Origin: Callorhinchus milii
Lineage: Eukaryota
Reading direction: 5' to 3'
DNA: 64,000 bases
Assembly (NCBI RefSeq): GCF_018977255.1
Contig: NW_024704743.1
Location: 11,720,001-11,784,000 of the forward strand
Part shown: positions 1 to 12,776 of the stretch, piece by piece
Layout: each line of letters starts with the position of its first letter
How positions within the stretch are numbered: the stretch's first letter is position 1
Notes under the pieces: model-generated
Database searches by the model: none
What the model was told of the DNA's origin: nothing
The model's input: the letters and a program-made list of their open reading frames with translations, nothing else
Program-made: the position numbers and the translations under genes

Positions 1-1150
1 GAGGGGTCGGTGAGGGTTGAAGGCCAGAGGGAGAGGAGTTCAGAGGACTCCAAGGCATCGGTTAGGGATTGTGGGGGTAACTTCTTCCAAGGGCGGTAGA
101 AGATGGTGGTGGGTCTGGTGGAGGTGGGGAGGGGGGTGGAGGTGGTGAAGGAGATGAAGTAGTGGTCAGAGATGGCCTTGTCGGTAATAGTGACATCCGA
201 GACACTGAGGCCCCGGGTGATCACCAAATCGAGTGGGTGGCCGTGACTGTGAGTGGGGGAGTTTATGTGTAAGGAGAGGTTGAGTGAGGAGAGCAGGGAA
301 GAGAAGTCTGTGGAGATGGAGCAGGAGGGGGTGAAGTGTAGGTTAAAGTCGCCCAGGATGATGAGGCGATCGGAGCAGAGGCAAAGAGATGTGAGGAGTG
401 TTGAAATGTCAGAGATGAAGGTGGGAGAGGTTTTAGGGGGCCGGTAGAGGAGGAGGATTTTAAGGGAGAGGAATGAGGGGTGGGAGAGGGTGAGGTGCTC
501 AAAGGAGGGGAAAGAGCCAGAGGAGTAGGGGGATAGGGCAAGTGGTGTCCTTGAGATAAGGGCAACACCACCGCCACGGCGGTTGGGGCGGGGGATGTGG
601 TGGGAGGTGTAGCCGGGTGGCGTGGCCTCCGTGAGGGGGAAGGTGTCGCCTGGGGTGAGCCAGGTTTCTGTTAAGGCCATGATATCAACGTTCTCATCAA
701 GGATGAGATCGTTGATGACCAGGGCCTTGTTGCAGAGGGAGCGGACATTTTGCAGTCCGATGTGGAGGGAGCGGTTGACAGAAGGGTGTGTGGGAGGGGA
801 GGGGGGTCCAGGTTGTGAGGCAGGGTGGGGGGAATGGGGATGAGGGAGGAGAGGTTGACTCCCCGGGTCTGTGTCCGGGGTGGGTGGCGAGTGTGGTGGG
901 GAATGGGGCAGTCGGTGTGGCTGCTGCTGGACAGCCAACGCCGAGTGCCACGGTGAGCCCGGCGGAGGATTCCCAGGCTGGAGCAGAGGGAGGTTGTGGG
1001 AGGGTCAAGTGGGGATAGAAGACGAGAGGGACGGAGAGAGAGGAGGAGAGAGCGGGAGAGATGCAGAGGGGGGAGGGTTTGGGGGGAGAGAGGAGGGGGG
1101 CGGGAGGGAGGGGGTGAGGGGGCTCGGGTCAAAGCGGCAGCCATAGTGCG
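1..1150 (-). mobile_element. L2-clade LINE, 5' part of ORF2 (APE endonuclease), runs off the window start
   Basis: Minus-strand frame GLQNVRSL...ALTETWL...GGGVAL...LYRPP...ILGDFNLH...GHPLDLVITRG...SDH; similar to the copy at 53200-54300. Confidence 0.9.
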
Positions 1151-1529
1151 CACGCGGGGACCGGGAGCGAGCGGTCAGGTGGATGGCATTATCCCGTAGT
1201 AGCTTTCCCGCTACTTGTCCAGCTAGGACCACCCTTCCTGTTAGGGCTTTGGCTTGCAGGGTTATCAGGAGCTGAGCGGGATGATTCCTTGCCCCCAGTG
1301 ACTGGTCTGCCCTTCTAAGTCTTGCCGTTGAGCCAGGATGGCTGTGCTGTCATCCCTTGAGCAGAGATCCCAGCAGCGTGAGGAGGGAACTGAGTGAAGT
1401 GGAACAGAGTGAGAATTCAGTTAAGGAATTTGGTGAGAGTGGTAATTCGATGCAGAGGGGGAAAAGAGGTGCTGAATTATAAAGTGTATAATATTTATTT
1501 TAAAATAATATAAAAATGTCTGGGAATAT

Positions 1530-4500
1530 GGCAGGGCAGCTGAGACCATTTGCATGAACAATGTGTGCGGTGTGGGAACTCCAGGATGCTTTGTGTGCCC
1601 TGGACAGACATGTGTGCAGGAAGTGCCTCTGGCTGCTCGCGCTTGTGCTCAGAGTTTCTAGGAGAGGCTGAGGCTGGTGTTACTACATAGCATATGGGAG
1701 GCTGAAGAGTTCATGGATCGAGCGTTTCAGGAGGTGGTCACCCCACAGCTGCAGAGGGTTCAGAAGGAGAGTGAGTGGTGATCACCTGGCATGGTAGGAA
1801 GAGGGGGCAGAAATCCCCTGAGAGAGTGGCATTCACAAACCAGTTCTCTGTACTGAATACCGGCCATGGTGATGACACCTCTGGGGAGGGGAGTCGAAAG
1901 CAAATGGATGCACAGGAGATACAGGGAAGAGTGTCATTGTAATTGTCATTGGGGACACAATGGTGAAAGGAGTAGACAGGCGTTTCTGCAACCAAAGACG
2001 TGACTCTCGCATGGTATGTTGCCTCCCTGGTGCCAGAGTTGAATGCATCACGGAATGGGTGCAAAACGTTCGACAGGGGGAAGGGGAACATCAGAAGTCG
2101 TGACCCGTGTTGGGATCCATGACGTAGAGAAAAAAGAGCTGAGATCCTACAGGGAGAGTATCAGAAGCTAGGGAAAAAGCTAAATTGTAGTATCAGAAGC
2201 TAGGGAAAAAGCTAAATTGTAGGACCTCAAAGGTGGTGATCTCTGGATTACTCTCAGTACCTCGTGCAAGTGAGTATCAAAACAGCAGGATCAAACACAT
2301 GAATGCATGGCTGGAGAAATGGTGCAGAAAGGAGGTTACTGGATCATTGGGACCAATTCTGGGGCAGGTGGGACCTGTACAAGATGGATGGGTTACACCT
2401 GAATAGGGCTGGGACCAATGTCCCTCGTAGGGAGGTTAACTAGTGCTGTAGGGAAGGGTTTAAACTAATTTCGAGGAGGGAAGGGAATCAGGATGTAGCA
2501 TTAATGAGGACAAACAAGTTACATAGGGGACTGGGAGAGACGAATAGCAATGTAATCCAGAAAAAGGAGGGATTAGACGGGGGAGAAATGCAGAACAAAG
2601 AAAGTCGATCTTGGAGTGCATGTGGGTAAATGCACAGAGTGTGACAAATATATTCTGTGACAGTATATTTTGTGAAGCGCTTTGAGGCGTCTAGAAGATG
2701 TGAAAAGTGCTATATCAAATGCAAGGATTATTATTGGTGAGCTGCAGGCTCAAGTTGCCACATGGGGTTATGATGTGGTGGCAATAACGGACACCTTACT
2801 CAAACAAGGGCAGGAATGGGAGCTAAATATTCCTGCCTACAATGTATTAAGGAGGGCTAGGGAAGGAAAAAAAGGAGGGGGGGTGGCAATATTGATTAAA
2901 GACACAGTTACAACCTTGGAAAGGGACGATGTGCTAGTGGGTCCAAAAACAGAATCTATTTTGTAAGCATTAAGGAGCAGAAAAGGAGATGTTACTCTGT
3001 CAGGTGTATGCTATAGTCCACCAGATAGTGGGAAGGAGATAGATGAGCAAATCTGCAAGCAGATTTCAGAAAGGTGCAAAACCAATAGAGTAGCAATAAT
3101 GGGAGACTTCAATTATCCTAACATAGACTGGCAAAATAACAGTGTAAAGGGCAAGGATGGCGAAGGATTCCTGAAATGTATGCAGAATAACTTTCTGGAT
3201 CAGTATGTTTCAGCACAACAAGGAAGGAAGCAGTGCTGGATCTAGTTCTGGGGAATGATTTGGGCTGATTGACACTCTTCCCTTTGTTTCAGTACGAGTG
3301 CATCTGGACAACAATGACCACAACACCATTAGGTTTAGAGTACTTATGGAAAGGGACAAGGAGGAATTAAAGGTGAAGTTACTCAACTAGAAGAGGGCTA
3401 ATTTCAGTGAGTTATAAAGGGACCTAGCCAAGGTGGACTGGAAAGAAAGATTGGCAGGTAAAACAGCTAATGAGTAACGGGAAGCATTCAAGGAGGATAT
3501 AGTTCAAGGGCAGAACAAATACATTCCCAAAAAGGGGAAAGGTAGGGCATCCAAAGCTCCCTTGATGAATAAGGAAATTGGGATTAAAAAACAACAGAAA
3601 GGAAGCTTATGATAAATGTCAGGTCCAACATACAGAAGATAATCAAATAGAATGTAGAAAATACAGAGGAGAACTGAAAAAGTAAATAAAAGGGGCAAAG
3701 AGATTGTATGAGAAAAGACTAGTGGGTAACATAAAAGGGAACCCTAAGGTATTTTATAAGCATATACAGAATAAAAGGTTAGTCAAAGGTAGGGTGGATC
3801 CAATTAGGGATCAAAGAGGAAATCTTCTTGTGCAGGCAGAGGACATGGCTGATGTACACAATGAGTACTTTGCATCTGTCTTCACAAAAGAGTAGGATGC
3901 AGCCAATGCCACAGTATCAGAGGAGAGGGTAGAGAAATTGGATAAGATAAGAATAAACCGAGAGACGGTACTAAAAAGGTTGTCGGTGCTCAAGGTAGAT
4001 AAGTCACCCGGTCCGGACAGGATGCATCCTAGGTTACTGAGGGAGGTAATAATAATAATAATAATCCTTGCATTTGATATAGCGCTTTTCACGTCTTCTA
4101 GACATCCCAAAGTGCTTCACAGAATATACTGTAAAGTGAATTGACTGTATATTTGTGGGCGAACGCGGCAGCAATGCTCCACAAACAGTCATGGATTGAA
4201 AATGACCAATTTATTATTTTTGGTTTTGGAGGGATTATTATAGGCGTGTGGAGTAAGGAAACTTGCCCAAGGTTTCGCCCTGCCTGGAATTGAACTTAGG
4301 TCTCTCATTTGCAAAGCGAGTGCTCTAACCACCGAGCTACAGGTAAGGGTGGAAATAATGGAGGCTCTGCCCACAATCCTTCAATCCTACTTGGACACTA
4401 GAGTGGTGCCAGCGGATTGGAGGGTAGCAAATATTACTTCTCTGTACAAAAAGGGGCAAAGGAATAAACCCGGGAACTACAGGTCAGTCAGCCTAACGTC

Positions 4501-5670
4501 AGTAGTGGGGAAACTTCTAGAGACTATAAACCGGGACAAAATAAATTTTCACTTAGAAAAATATGGGTTAATAAAGGACAGCCAACACAGATTTGTTAAA
4601 GGCAAAACATGTCTAACAAACCTGATAAGAGTTTTTTGATGAAGTAACGGAGAGGGTGGATGAAGGTAGTGCAGTTGATGTAGTTTATATGGATTTTCAA
4701 AAGGCATTTGATAAAGTGCCACAAAGGAGACTTGTAAGCAAAATAGAAGCCCACGGTGTTAAAGGGACAGTGGCAGCATGGATACAGAACTGGCTGGGAG
4801 ACAGAAAGCAGAGAGTTGTGGTGAACGGTTGTTTTTCTGACTGGAGCGAAGTGTGCAGTGTGTCCCCAGGAGTCTGTATTGGGACCATTGCTGTTTTTGA
4901 TCTATATAAATGACCTGGACTTGGGTATAGGGAGTACAATTTCCACGTTTGCAGATAATACTAAGTTAAGAAAAGTAGTAAACAGTGAGGAGGATAGTAG
5001 CAGACTGCAAGAGGACATAGACAGATTGGTAAAATGGGCAGACACGTGGTAGATGAAGTTTAATGTGGAGTGCGAAGTGAAGCATTTTGGGCAGAAGAAT
5101 GAGGAGAGGCAATATAAACTGATGGTACAATCTTAAAGGGGGTGAAGGAACAGAGAGACCTGAGGGTTCATATAAGTAAATCTTTGAAGGTGGCAGGACA
5201 GGTAGATAAAGCTGTTAAAAAAGCATATGGGATACTAAGCTTTATAAATAGGGGCATAGAATGCAAAAGTCAGGAAGTTATGATGAACCTTTATAAAACC
5301 CTGGTTAGGCCTCAGCTAGAGACTGGGTTCAGTTCTGGGCACCACGATAGGAGGATGTCAAGGCATTGGAGAGGGTGCAAAGGAGATTTACCAGGATGGT
5401 ACCAGGAATGAGAGACTTCAGTTATCAGAGAGGATAGAGAAGCTAGGATTATTCTCCTTGTAGCAGCAAAGGTTAAGAGAAGACTTAATAGAAGTTTTCA
5501 AAATTATGAAGGGATTTGATAGGGTGAACAAGGAGAAACTGTTTCCACTGGTGGGTGGGTTGGTAACCCGAGGACACTGATTTAAAATAGTTGAATTGGA
5601 TGCTCTTTTCAAAGAGCTGGCACAGACATGATGGGCCGAATGGTCTCCGTCTGTGCTGTATGATTCTATG
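1530..5670 (+). mobile_element. Decayed near-full-length CR1 LINE (ORF1 zinc finger and esterase-like; ORF2 APE and RT), with SINE insertions
   Basis: Fragments YDVVAITDT...GGGVAILIK, KSPGPDRMHPRLLRE, PGNYRSVSLTSVVGK, VYMDFQKAFDKVP, SVLGPLLFLIYINDL, FADNTK; CR1 3' tail tgtgctgtatgattctatg; many stops and frameshifts. Confidence 0.92.
4047..4342 (-). mobile_element. tRNA-derived SINE inserted in CR1
   Basis: (TAA)n tail plus body matching 61141-61469; flanked by aggtaa on both sides. Confidence 0.9.
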
Positions 5671-5719
5671 AACAGTGCCCTGAAGTACTGTGGAACTGCC
5701 TAGCTCAGGAACCGTACTA

Positions 5720-8700
5720 GAAGGTGGAAGGGATAATGGCAACACAAGCAGTGTGTCAAAGCAGCAGTGTTTGGGAATTTGTGGACAGTAAGACTGTCCC
5801 TGATGGTCACAACTGTGAGAAGTGCCCGTGTCTTGAGTCACTCTGGCTCAGGGTTTTTGATCTGGAGTATGTGTTAGAGACAATCCGACGCATAAGGGAG
5901 GGGAAAGAATATTTGGACAGTTTACTTCAGAACATAACCACGTCACATAGAGAGGTACAGGAAGAAGAGTGTGAGATTGATAGATGGCAGGGTAGCATTT
6001 ATTTAGTAGAGGCAGAGAAGGAGGCACTGGTTCTGTCCAGCAGGTACAGTGTACTTGCTAATTCGATGAGGGAGAGATGTCTGTGGGGAAGGAGGCCTGA
6101 ATGCAAACCAAACTAGAGCAGAAGACAATGCAAGCGGGGGAGGAGCAGAACAGAAACTTTGTAGATATAGAGGATGAAATAAGGGGATCGAGAGTATCCT
6201 CTGCAGTCGAGATCAAGAGTTCAGGAGGGTGTGTTGTCTTGCTGATGCCAGGGTAAGGGATATTTCAAAGCAACTGGAAAGGAACTTGGAAAGGGAGGGG
6301 AAAGAACCTGCAGTTGTTATCTATACGGGAACCAATGACACAGGAAAGAGCAAAAAGGAGGTCCTGCTAAGGGAGTATCAAGAGCTAGGGATTAAATTTA
6401 AAAAAAGGACCTCGAAGGTGGTAATCGCCGGATTCTACCTGAGCCATGTGCAAATTGGCCCAGAGATAAACAGATCAGGAAAATGAATGTGTGGCTGAAA
6501 GGAGTGGTGTGCGAAAGAGGGGTTCCATTTCATAGGTCACTGGCTGCAGTACTGGGTCAGGAATCAGCTGTACTACTGGATTGGGCTGCACCTGAACAGG
6601 GCTGGGACCAAGTTACTAGTGAAAAAGATAAATAGGACTGTAGAAAAAGCTTTAAACCAGTAAGGGAGGGGTGGCGAGAGGGGTCGGGTGGACACCAAAA
6701 CATAAGGTGAGGATGAGAGCAGCGGTCAGAATACAAACAGTGATAAATATAGCATAAGTACTATAGGAAAGATAAAGCTAATAGGAAGTTATCACAAAAG
6801 GTTTAACGAGTCAATAAGTATCAGAAGAACATCGTCAGGGCAAATAGGCATGTTAGGGACAGTTACCCAAATAAGAGTTATGTATACAAATGCACGTAGC
6901 ATAAGAAATAAAACAAATGAGTTAGAAGCACACATTCAGCTTAAAAGGTATGATGTAGTAGCCATTACAGAGACTTGGTTACAAGCTGGACAGGACTGGG
7001 AGCTAAATATTCCAGGTTATAAGATCTTTAGAAAAGGCAGGGATATTGGGAAAGGAGGAGGAGTAGCAATATTGATAAAAGACACTATTACAACAGTGGA
7101 AAGGAAAGATTTCAGTAAAGGCGATCAGGTCGTGGAAACGCTGGAATTAAGAAACAGCAAAGGAGGTAAGGCTCTGTTGGGAGTAGTCCACAGATCTCCA
7201 GAGAGTTGTGATGTATAAATACGGAGATCAGGGAAGCATGTAGCAAAGGTAATGTGGTTATAATGGGAGATTTTAATTTTCACATAGACTAGAAAGCAGG
7301 TCACCTCGGGTAGTAAAGGCAATGAATTTCTAGAATGTATTCAGGACAGTTTTTTGCAACAATATGTTTTAGAATCAACAAAAGAACAAGCCATACTGGA
7401 TTTGGTGACGAGTAATGAGCTAGAACTAGTTAACAATCTGACAGTAATGGAACATCTTGCAAATAGTGATCATAATATGATTGAATTTGACATTGGATTT
7501 GAGAGGGAGAAGGGAGAGTCCCAAACCAAGGTTTTAAATTTGAGTAAGGCAAACTTTGATGGGATGAGAAATATATTGACCATAAGTGGTAAACCTGCAG
7601 GTGAACAATGGGAAATATTCAAAAAAAGTATTTGATACAATACAGAACAAGTACATACCCCTAAAATGCAAAAGCCCAAACTGTAGTTAAGCAACCATGG
7701 TGAACAAAAGAGGTTAGAGACTATCAAGCTAAAAGAAAAGGCTTACTCAAATACAATAAAAAGTGTGAATGCAGGGGAGTGGGAAAACTACAAAAGACAA
7801 CAAAGGGATTCAACGAAAGTAATAAGAAGAGCAAAAAGGAGTATGAAAAAACGTGCAAGGGATACTAAAACCAATAGTAAAAGCTTTTATAAATATATTA
7901 AAAGAAATGGAATGTTCAAGGGGAATGTGGGTCTGTTAAAGACAGATGTAGGTGAGACTATAAAATAAGGAAATGGCTGACTTGTTAAATAAATACTTTG
8001 CTACCATTTTTACAGTAGAGGATGAGGACAAAATACCAGCCGTACAGGGGAACCTAAAAATACGCCAAAGAGAAATGATTAATAAAATTAATATAATAAA
8101 AGAAGGTAATGGAGAAAATAATGAGACAAATGATAGACAAATCTCCAGATAGTTTCCACCCCAGGATGTTAAAAGAAATAGGAGAGGAAATTGCAGATGT
8201 ATTTGTCATAATTTTGCAAAGCTCACTAGATTTGGGAATTGTGCCCTTAGATTGGAAAATTGCGAATGTCAATCCTTTATTTAGAAGGGAGGGAGGGAGA
8301 AACTAGGAAACTACAGACCTGTCAGCTTATTGGGAAAATACAGGAATCCATCATCAGGGACTGAACACTTGGACAGGTATGAGCTAGTCAAAGAGAGTCA
8401 GCTTGGGTTTGAAGTGTAGGTCGGGTCTGACTAATCTGGTTGAATTTTTGAGGAGGTCACTAAAATGGTGGATAAGAGAGCGTCTATGAATGTTGTTTAT
8501 ATGGACTTTCAGAAGGCATTTGATAAGGTTCCACACAAAAGATTATTAGCGAAATGGAAGCGCATGGAGTCAGAGATAACCTTGTGATGTAGCTTGGTAA
8601 TTGGTTGGGAGGCAGGAAACAGAGAGTAGGGATAAAGGGAACGTTCTCTGATTGGCGGGACGTGACAAGTGGTGTCCCTCAGGGGTCTGTACCCAGATAT

Positions 8701-10305
8701 TCGCCATATATATAAATGATGTGGATGAAGGAGTAGAAAGTTTTATATCCAAGTTTGCAAACGACACTAAGTCATTCAGAACTCTGCAGCTCGTGTATTG
8801 TCCCGCACCAGGCTTCACGACCACATCACTCCCACCCTCGCTCGCCACCACTGGTTCCCCATCCCCCAGAGGATCGAATTCAAGATCCTCATCCTCACCT
8901 ACAAGGCCATTCACGGCCTTGCTCCCTCCTACCTCTCTGACCTACTATCCCCCTACCTACCCGCCCGTACCCTCCGTTCCTCTGGCTCCAGTCTGCTCCA
9001 CATTCCCTGCCCCAACCGCCCTATCATCGGTGGCCGGGCCTTCAGCCTCTCAGCCCCTCGGCTCTGGAACTCTATCCCCCAGTGCCTTCGCCGCCTCCTC
9101 CCTTTCCTCCTTCAAGGCCGGTCTCAAGACCTTTCTCTTTGACCGTGCCTTCAGCTCCCCTCTCGACTCTCTACCCCCTCCTCGCTCCCTCCCTTTCCTC
9201 CCCTCACCCTGACCATTTCCCCCTTCCTTGCTCCCTCCCTTTCCCTCCCCTCACCCTGACCATTTCCCCCCTGCTCGCTCCCTCCCTTCCCTCCCCTCAC
9301 CCTGACCATTTCTCCCCTGCTCGCTCCCTCCCTTCCCTCCCCTCACCCTGACCATTTCCCCCCTGCTCGGGTCCTGACCCAACTGTACAGCGCCTTGGGA
9401 CGTCCTCCCGACGTGAAAGGTACTCTATAAATGGAATCTTGTTGTTGTTGTAAGCTAGGAGGCTCAGTAAGTTGTGTAGATGGGAGTAGGAAGTTACAAA
9501 GGGACTTAGACAGATTAAGTGAGTGGGCAAAACTGTGGCAGATGGAGTTCAATGTAGGGAAACTTGGAGGTCATCCACTCTGCCCCCCCCAAAAAATAGA
9601 ATATTTTCTTGATGGGGAGAAATTAAGAACGGTGGAGGAGCAAAGAGATTTGGGTGTCCATATCTACAATCACTAAAAACTAGTTCCCAAGTGCAAAAAG
9701 TAATCAAAAAGGTGAATGGAATGTTGGCCTTTACCTCAAGGGGCCTGGAATACAAAAGGGAAGAAATGATTCACTTGTATAGAGCGTTAGTCAGACCCCA
9801 TCTGGAGACTGCGTTCAGGTTTGGGTATCACACCTCAGGAAAGATATATTGGTTCTGGAGGGGGTGCAGCACAGGTTCACTAGAATGTTACCAGGCCTAA
9901 AGGGGTTAAGTTACGAGGAAAGGCTGTGTAAACTTGGATTGTATCCCCTTGAGCTTAGAAGGTTGAGGGGTGATTTGATTGAGGTATTTAAGATGATAAA
10001 GGGATTTGATAGGGTAGATACAGAGAGCCTATTTCCTCTGGTTGGGGAATCCAAAACCAGGAGGAATAGTCTTAAAATTAGAACCATACTATTTAAGAGT
10101 GAAATTAGGAAGCATGTTTTCACTCAAAGGGTGGTAGGAATCTGGAATTCTCTCCCCCAAAAGGCCATGGATGGCCTTTTGGGGGAGAGAATTCACCTTC
10201 AAGAGTGAGGTTGATAGATTTTTGGTAGGACAGGCTCAGCCATGATCAAATAAAATGATGGAACAGGCTCGAATGGCTGAATGGCCTCCTCTTGTCCTAT
10301 GATTA
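5720..10305 (+). mobile_element. Second decayed near-full-length CR1 LINE (different subfamily), interrupted by L2
   Basis: ORF1-like VCCLADARV...YTGTND; ORF2 YTNARSIRNK...AITETWL, FISKFANDTK, LSYEERL...RLRGDLIEVFK; 3' tail ctcttgtcctatg. Confidence 0.92.
8772..9450 (+). mobile_element. 5'-truncated L2 LINE nested in CR1
   Basis: HITPTLARHHWFPIPQRIEFKIL...GGRAFSLSAPRLWN; (TTG)n tail; taag duplicated at 8768-8771 and 9451-9454. Confidence 0.92.
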
Positions 10306-10454
10306 CTGAGACCATCACAAAGGGTAGGTTCAATTCTGACATTCTGTTGCCAAACTTGGAGCCAGTTCAATTTCAAGGAGACTCCGCTCGTGTGGGGATG
10401 CAGTGTCAAATGCATATGTTTTCAACAGCAGTGATGTGGAGAATAGAAGTAAAG

Positions 10455-12610
10455 AAAACAACAACTTGCATTTATATAGAGCCCTCACGCAGAGTAGTGT
10501 TTCAGATCGCTTGACAGTGACGGAGCATGACACCAAGCCGGGCGGGGGGGTGGCGGCGTGACTGTATGCACGCACAGTCGAATGGGAAGGTCTTCAGGTA
10601 TGACCTGAAGGTGGGGAAAGGCGGAGGTTTAGAGGAAGAGTGTTCCAGAGTTTTGGGGCGTAGTGGCTGAAAGCGTGGCCATCAACGGTAGAATGGAGGC
10701 ACAAGTGAAATGCAGAAGGCCGGACCCTGTTGAGCGGAGGCAGTGGGTTGGGGGATAAACAGATCGGAGAGGTAGGGAGATGCCAGATCATGAAGGGATT
10801 TGAAAACGAGTGAGAGGATCTAGCAATCGATCCATTTGGTAGTAAGGAGCCAGTAGAGCCTGGCTAGAACTGTTGTGATGGGGGGTATGGAGTTCAGTGC
10901 GGGTGAGTATGCGGGCAGCGGAGTTTTATGATCCACTGGATCCTGTGCATGGTGGAGCTGGGGAGACCGGGAAAGAGAGCATTTGAGAAGTCAAGTCGGG
11001 AGGTGTTGAACGCCTGGACGAGTGTTTTGCCTCGTCTGAGGTTAGGTGTGGTCAGAGGCGGGCAATGTAGAGGAGTTGGAGGAAGGCAGACCTGGTCAGG
11101 GACTGGATGTGGGGAAGGCAGGACAGCTGTGGGTTGTGCCTAGGTTGCACACTGCTTCAGTAAGTCTGAGGGGTAGGCTGGGGAAGTTGAGGAGGTCAGA
11201 GCCGCAGGATAGAAGACGTTGACCGGAGCCAATGAACATGGCTTCCATCTTGTCAACGTTGAGTTGCAGGAAGTTTTTGTTCTCGTTCATCCAGGCCCCG
11301 ATGTTCCCCAGACAAGCCAAGAGAACATCAGAGGACCTGGAGTTGCAGCTGGAGAAGTAGTTTTGTGTGTCATCTCTCATACACGTGGACGTTTACCCCA
11401 TGTCTGTGGTTGACATCGCCAAGAGGGAGCATATAGATGAGGAAGAGGAGGGGGCCAAGGATGGAACCCTGGGGTACACCACAGGTGACTGGCCGGTGGA
11501 GGGAGGAGAAACTATTTGAGGAGATCAAGTGAAGGCGGTTTGTTAGGTAGGGCACTAGGCTAGTGTGGTCCCACTGAGGTGGATGACGGAGGAGAGGCGG
11601 TGGATGAAGATGGCATGATCGACTGTGTCGAACGTGGCGTAGAGGTCCAGGAGGCGAAGCAGAGGAAGCCCTGGTCACAGAGAAAGAAGACGTTGTTTGT
11701 GACCTTGACAAGCGCCGTCTCTGTGCTATGGGCAGGGCGGAAACCGGATTGCAGGGGCTCGAGGAGTGGGTGGAGGGAGAGGAAAAAAAAGCTGGTTAGC
11801 GACAAAGCATTCCAGAGCTTTGGCAAGGATTGGCAGGTTGGAAATGGGTTGTGAGGTTGAAGGAGTCGAGGGTGGTTTTTTGAGGAGGGGAGTGATGACA
11901 GTGGTTTTAAGGCGGAGAGGAACAGAACCTGAGAAGAGGGACTGGTTGACTGTGTCGGCCAGCAGCTGGGTGGGGAGGAGGTCTAGGCAGCAGGTGGTGG
12001 GCTTCATCTGGGAGATGGTGGTTGAGAGGGAGATGGGAGTAATCAGAGCAAAGGAGTAGTGGTAGGGGCTGTGGTGAAAGGAGGGGATGGTGTAGATGGT
12101 TTGGGGGGGGGGTGCGTGTGGGAGGTGATGGATGGTGGAGTGCATTGCCTTTGAGTTGTTTTTGGCCTCCAATATGGTTTTGGAGTAAAAGACAGATTTG
12201 GCCTGCGAGAGGGAGTGGCGTTAGTTGTGGAGATCCTTGAGCCACAGCTTGTGGTGGTTTGTGAGGCTGGATTTGTGCTATCTGCGCTCGAACGTCTGGG
12301 TTTTAGTTTTGAGGGAGTGGAGATGGCTGTCAAACCAGGGGGAGGAGGTAGATTTGGAGATAAAGCTGGATTTCAGGGGGGCAAGGGAGTTGAAGGTTGC
12401 AGAGATGCGATCGTTTAGCAGCTTGATAGCAGCATCAGGATCGCTGGGGTGGAAGCCCAGAGTGAGAAGAGATCCGAGATTGTTCGTGACGGACTTGGGT
12501 GGATACTTTTTCCAAGGTCAAAAAAAAGATGGTGGAGAGGTTGGGAGTGGGACGCGGGAGGAGAGGGTGATGAGGGATCAGATGGCCACATTGACCGTCA
12601 TCGATGATCT
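10455..12610 (-). mobile_element. Decayed L2 LINE fragments
   Basis: [48 protein letters not shown]; (CAA)n tail at about 10457. Confidence 0.9.
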
Positions 12611-12687
12611 GAGGTACAAACTAAAGTCAGTGCCTTCCTGGAGTATGTGTTGCTTTGAACAACTCTTTCAATATAAATTGTTTGCAG

Positions 12688-12776
12688 GTGAGAATACGGA
12701 TCTCAGTAATGCTCCATACTTAGAAGTAGCAGATCAGAAAGGACGGCCCATTCCAATCCCCGCTGTGGAGAAAAAG
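12688..12776 (+). CDS. NUB1: NUB1 coding exon (first in window; upstream exons lie outside), phase 1 to 0
   Basis: tttgcag acceptor. Encodes (G)ENTDLSNAPYLEVADQKGRPIPIPAVEKK, matching human NUB1 PYLDIANQTGRSIRIPPSERK as recalled. Donor is AAG|GCAAGT (GC-AG intron). Confidence 0.9.
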
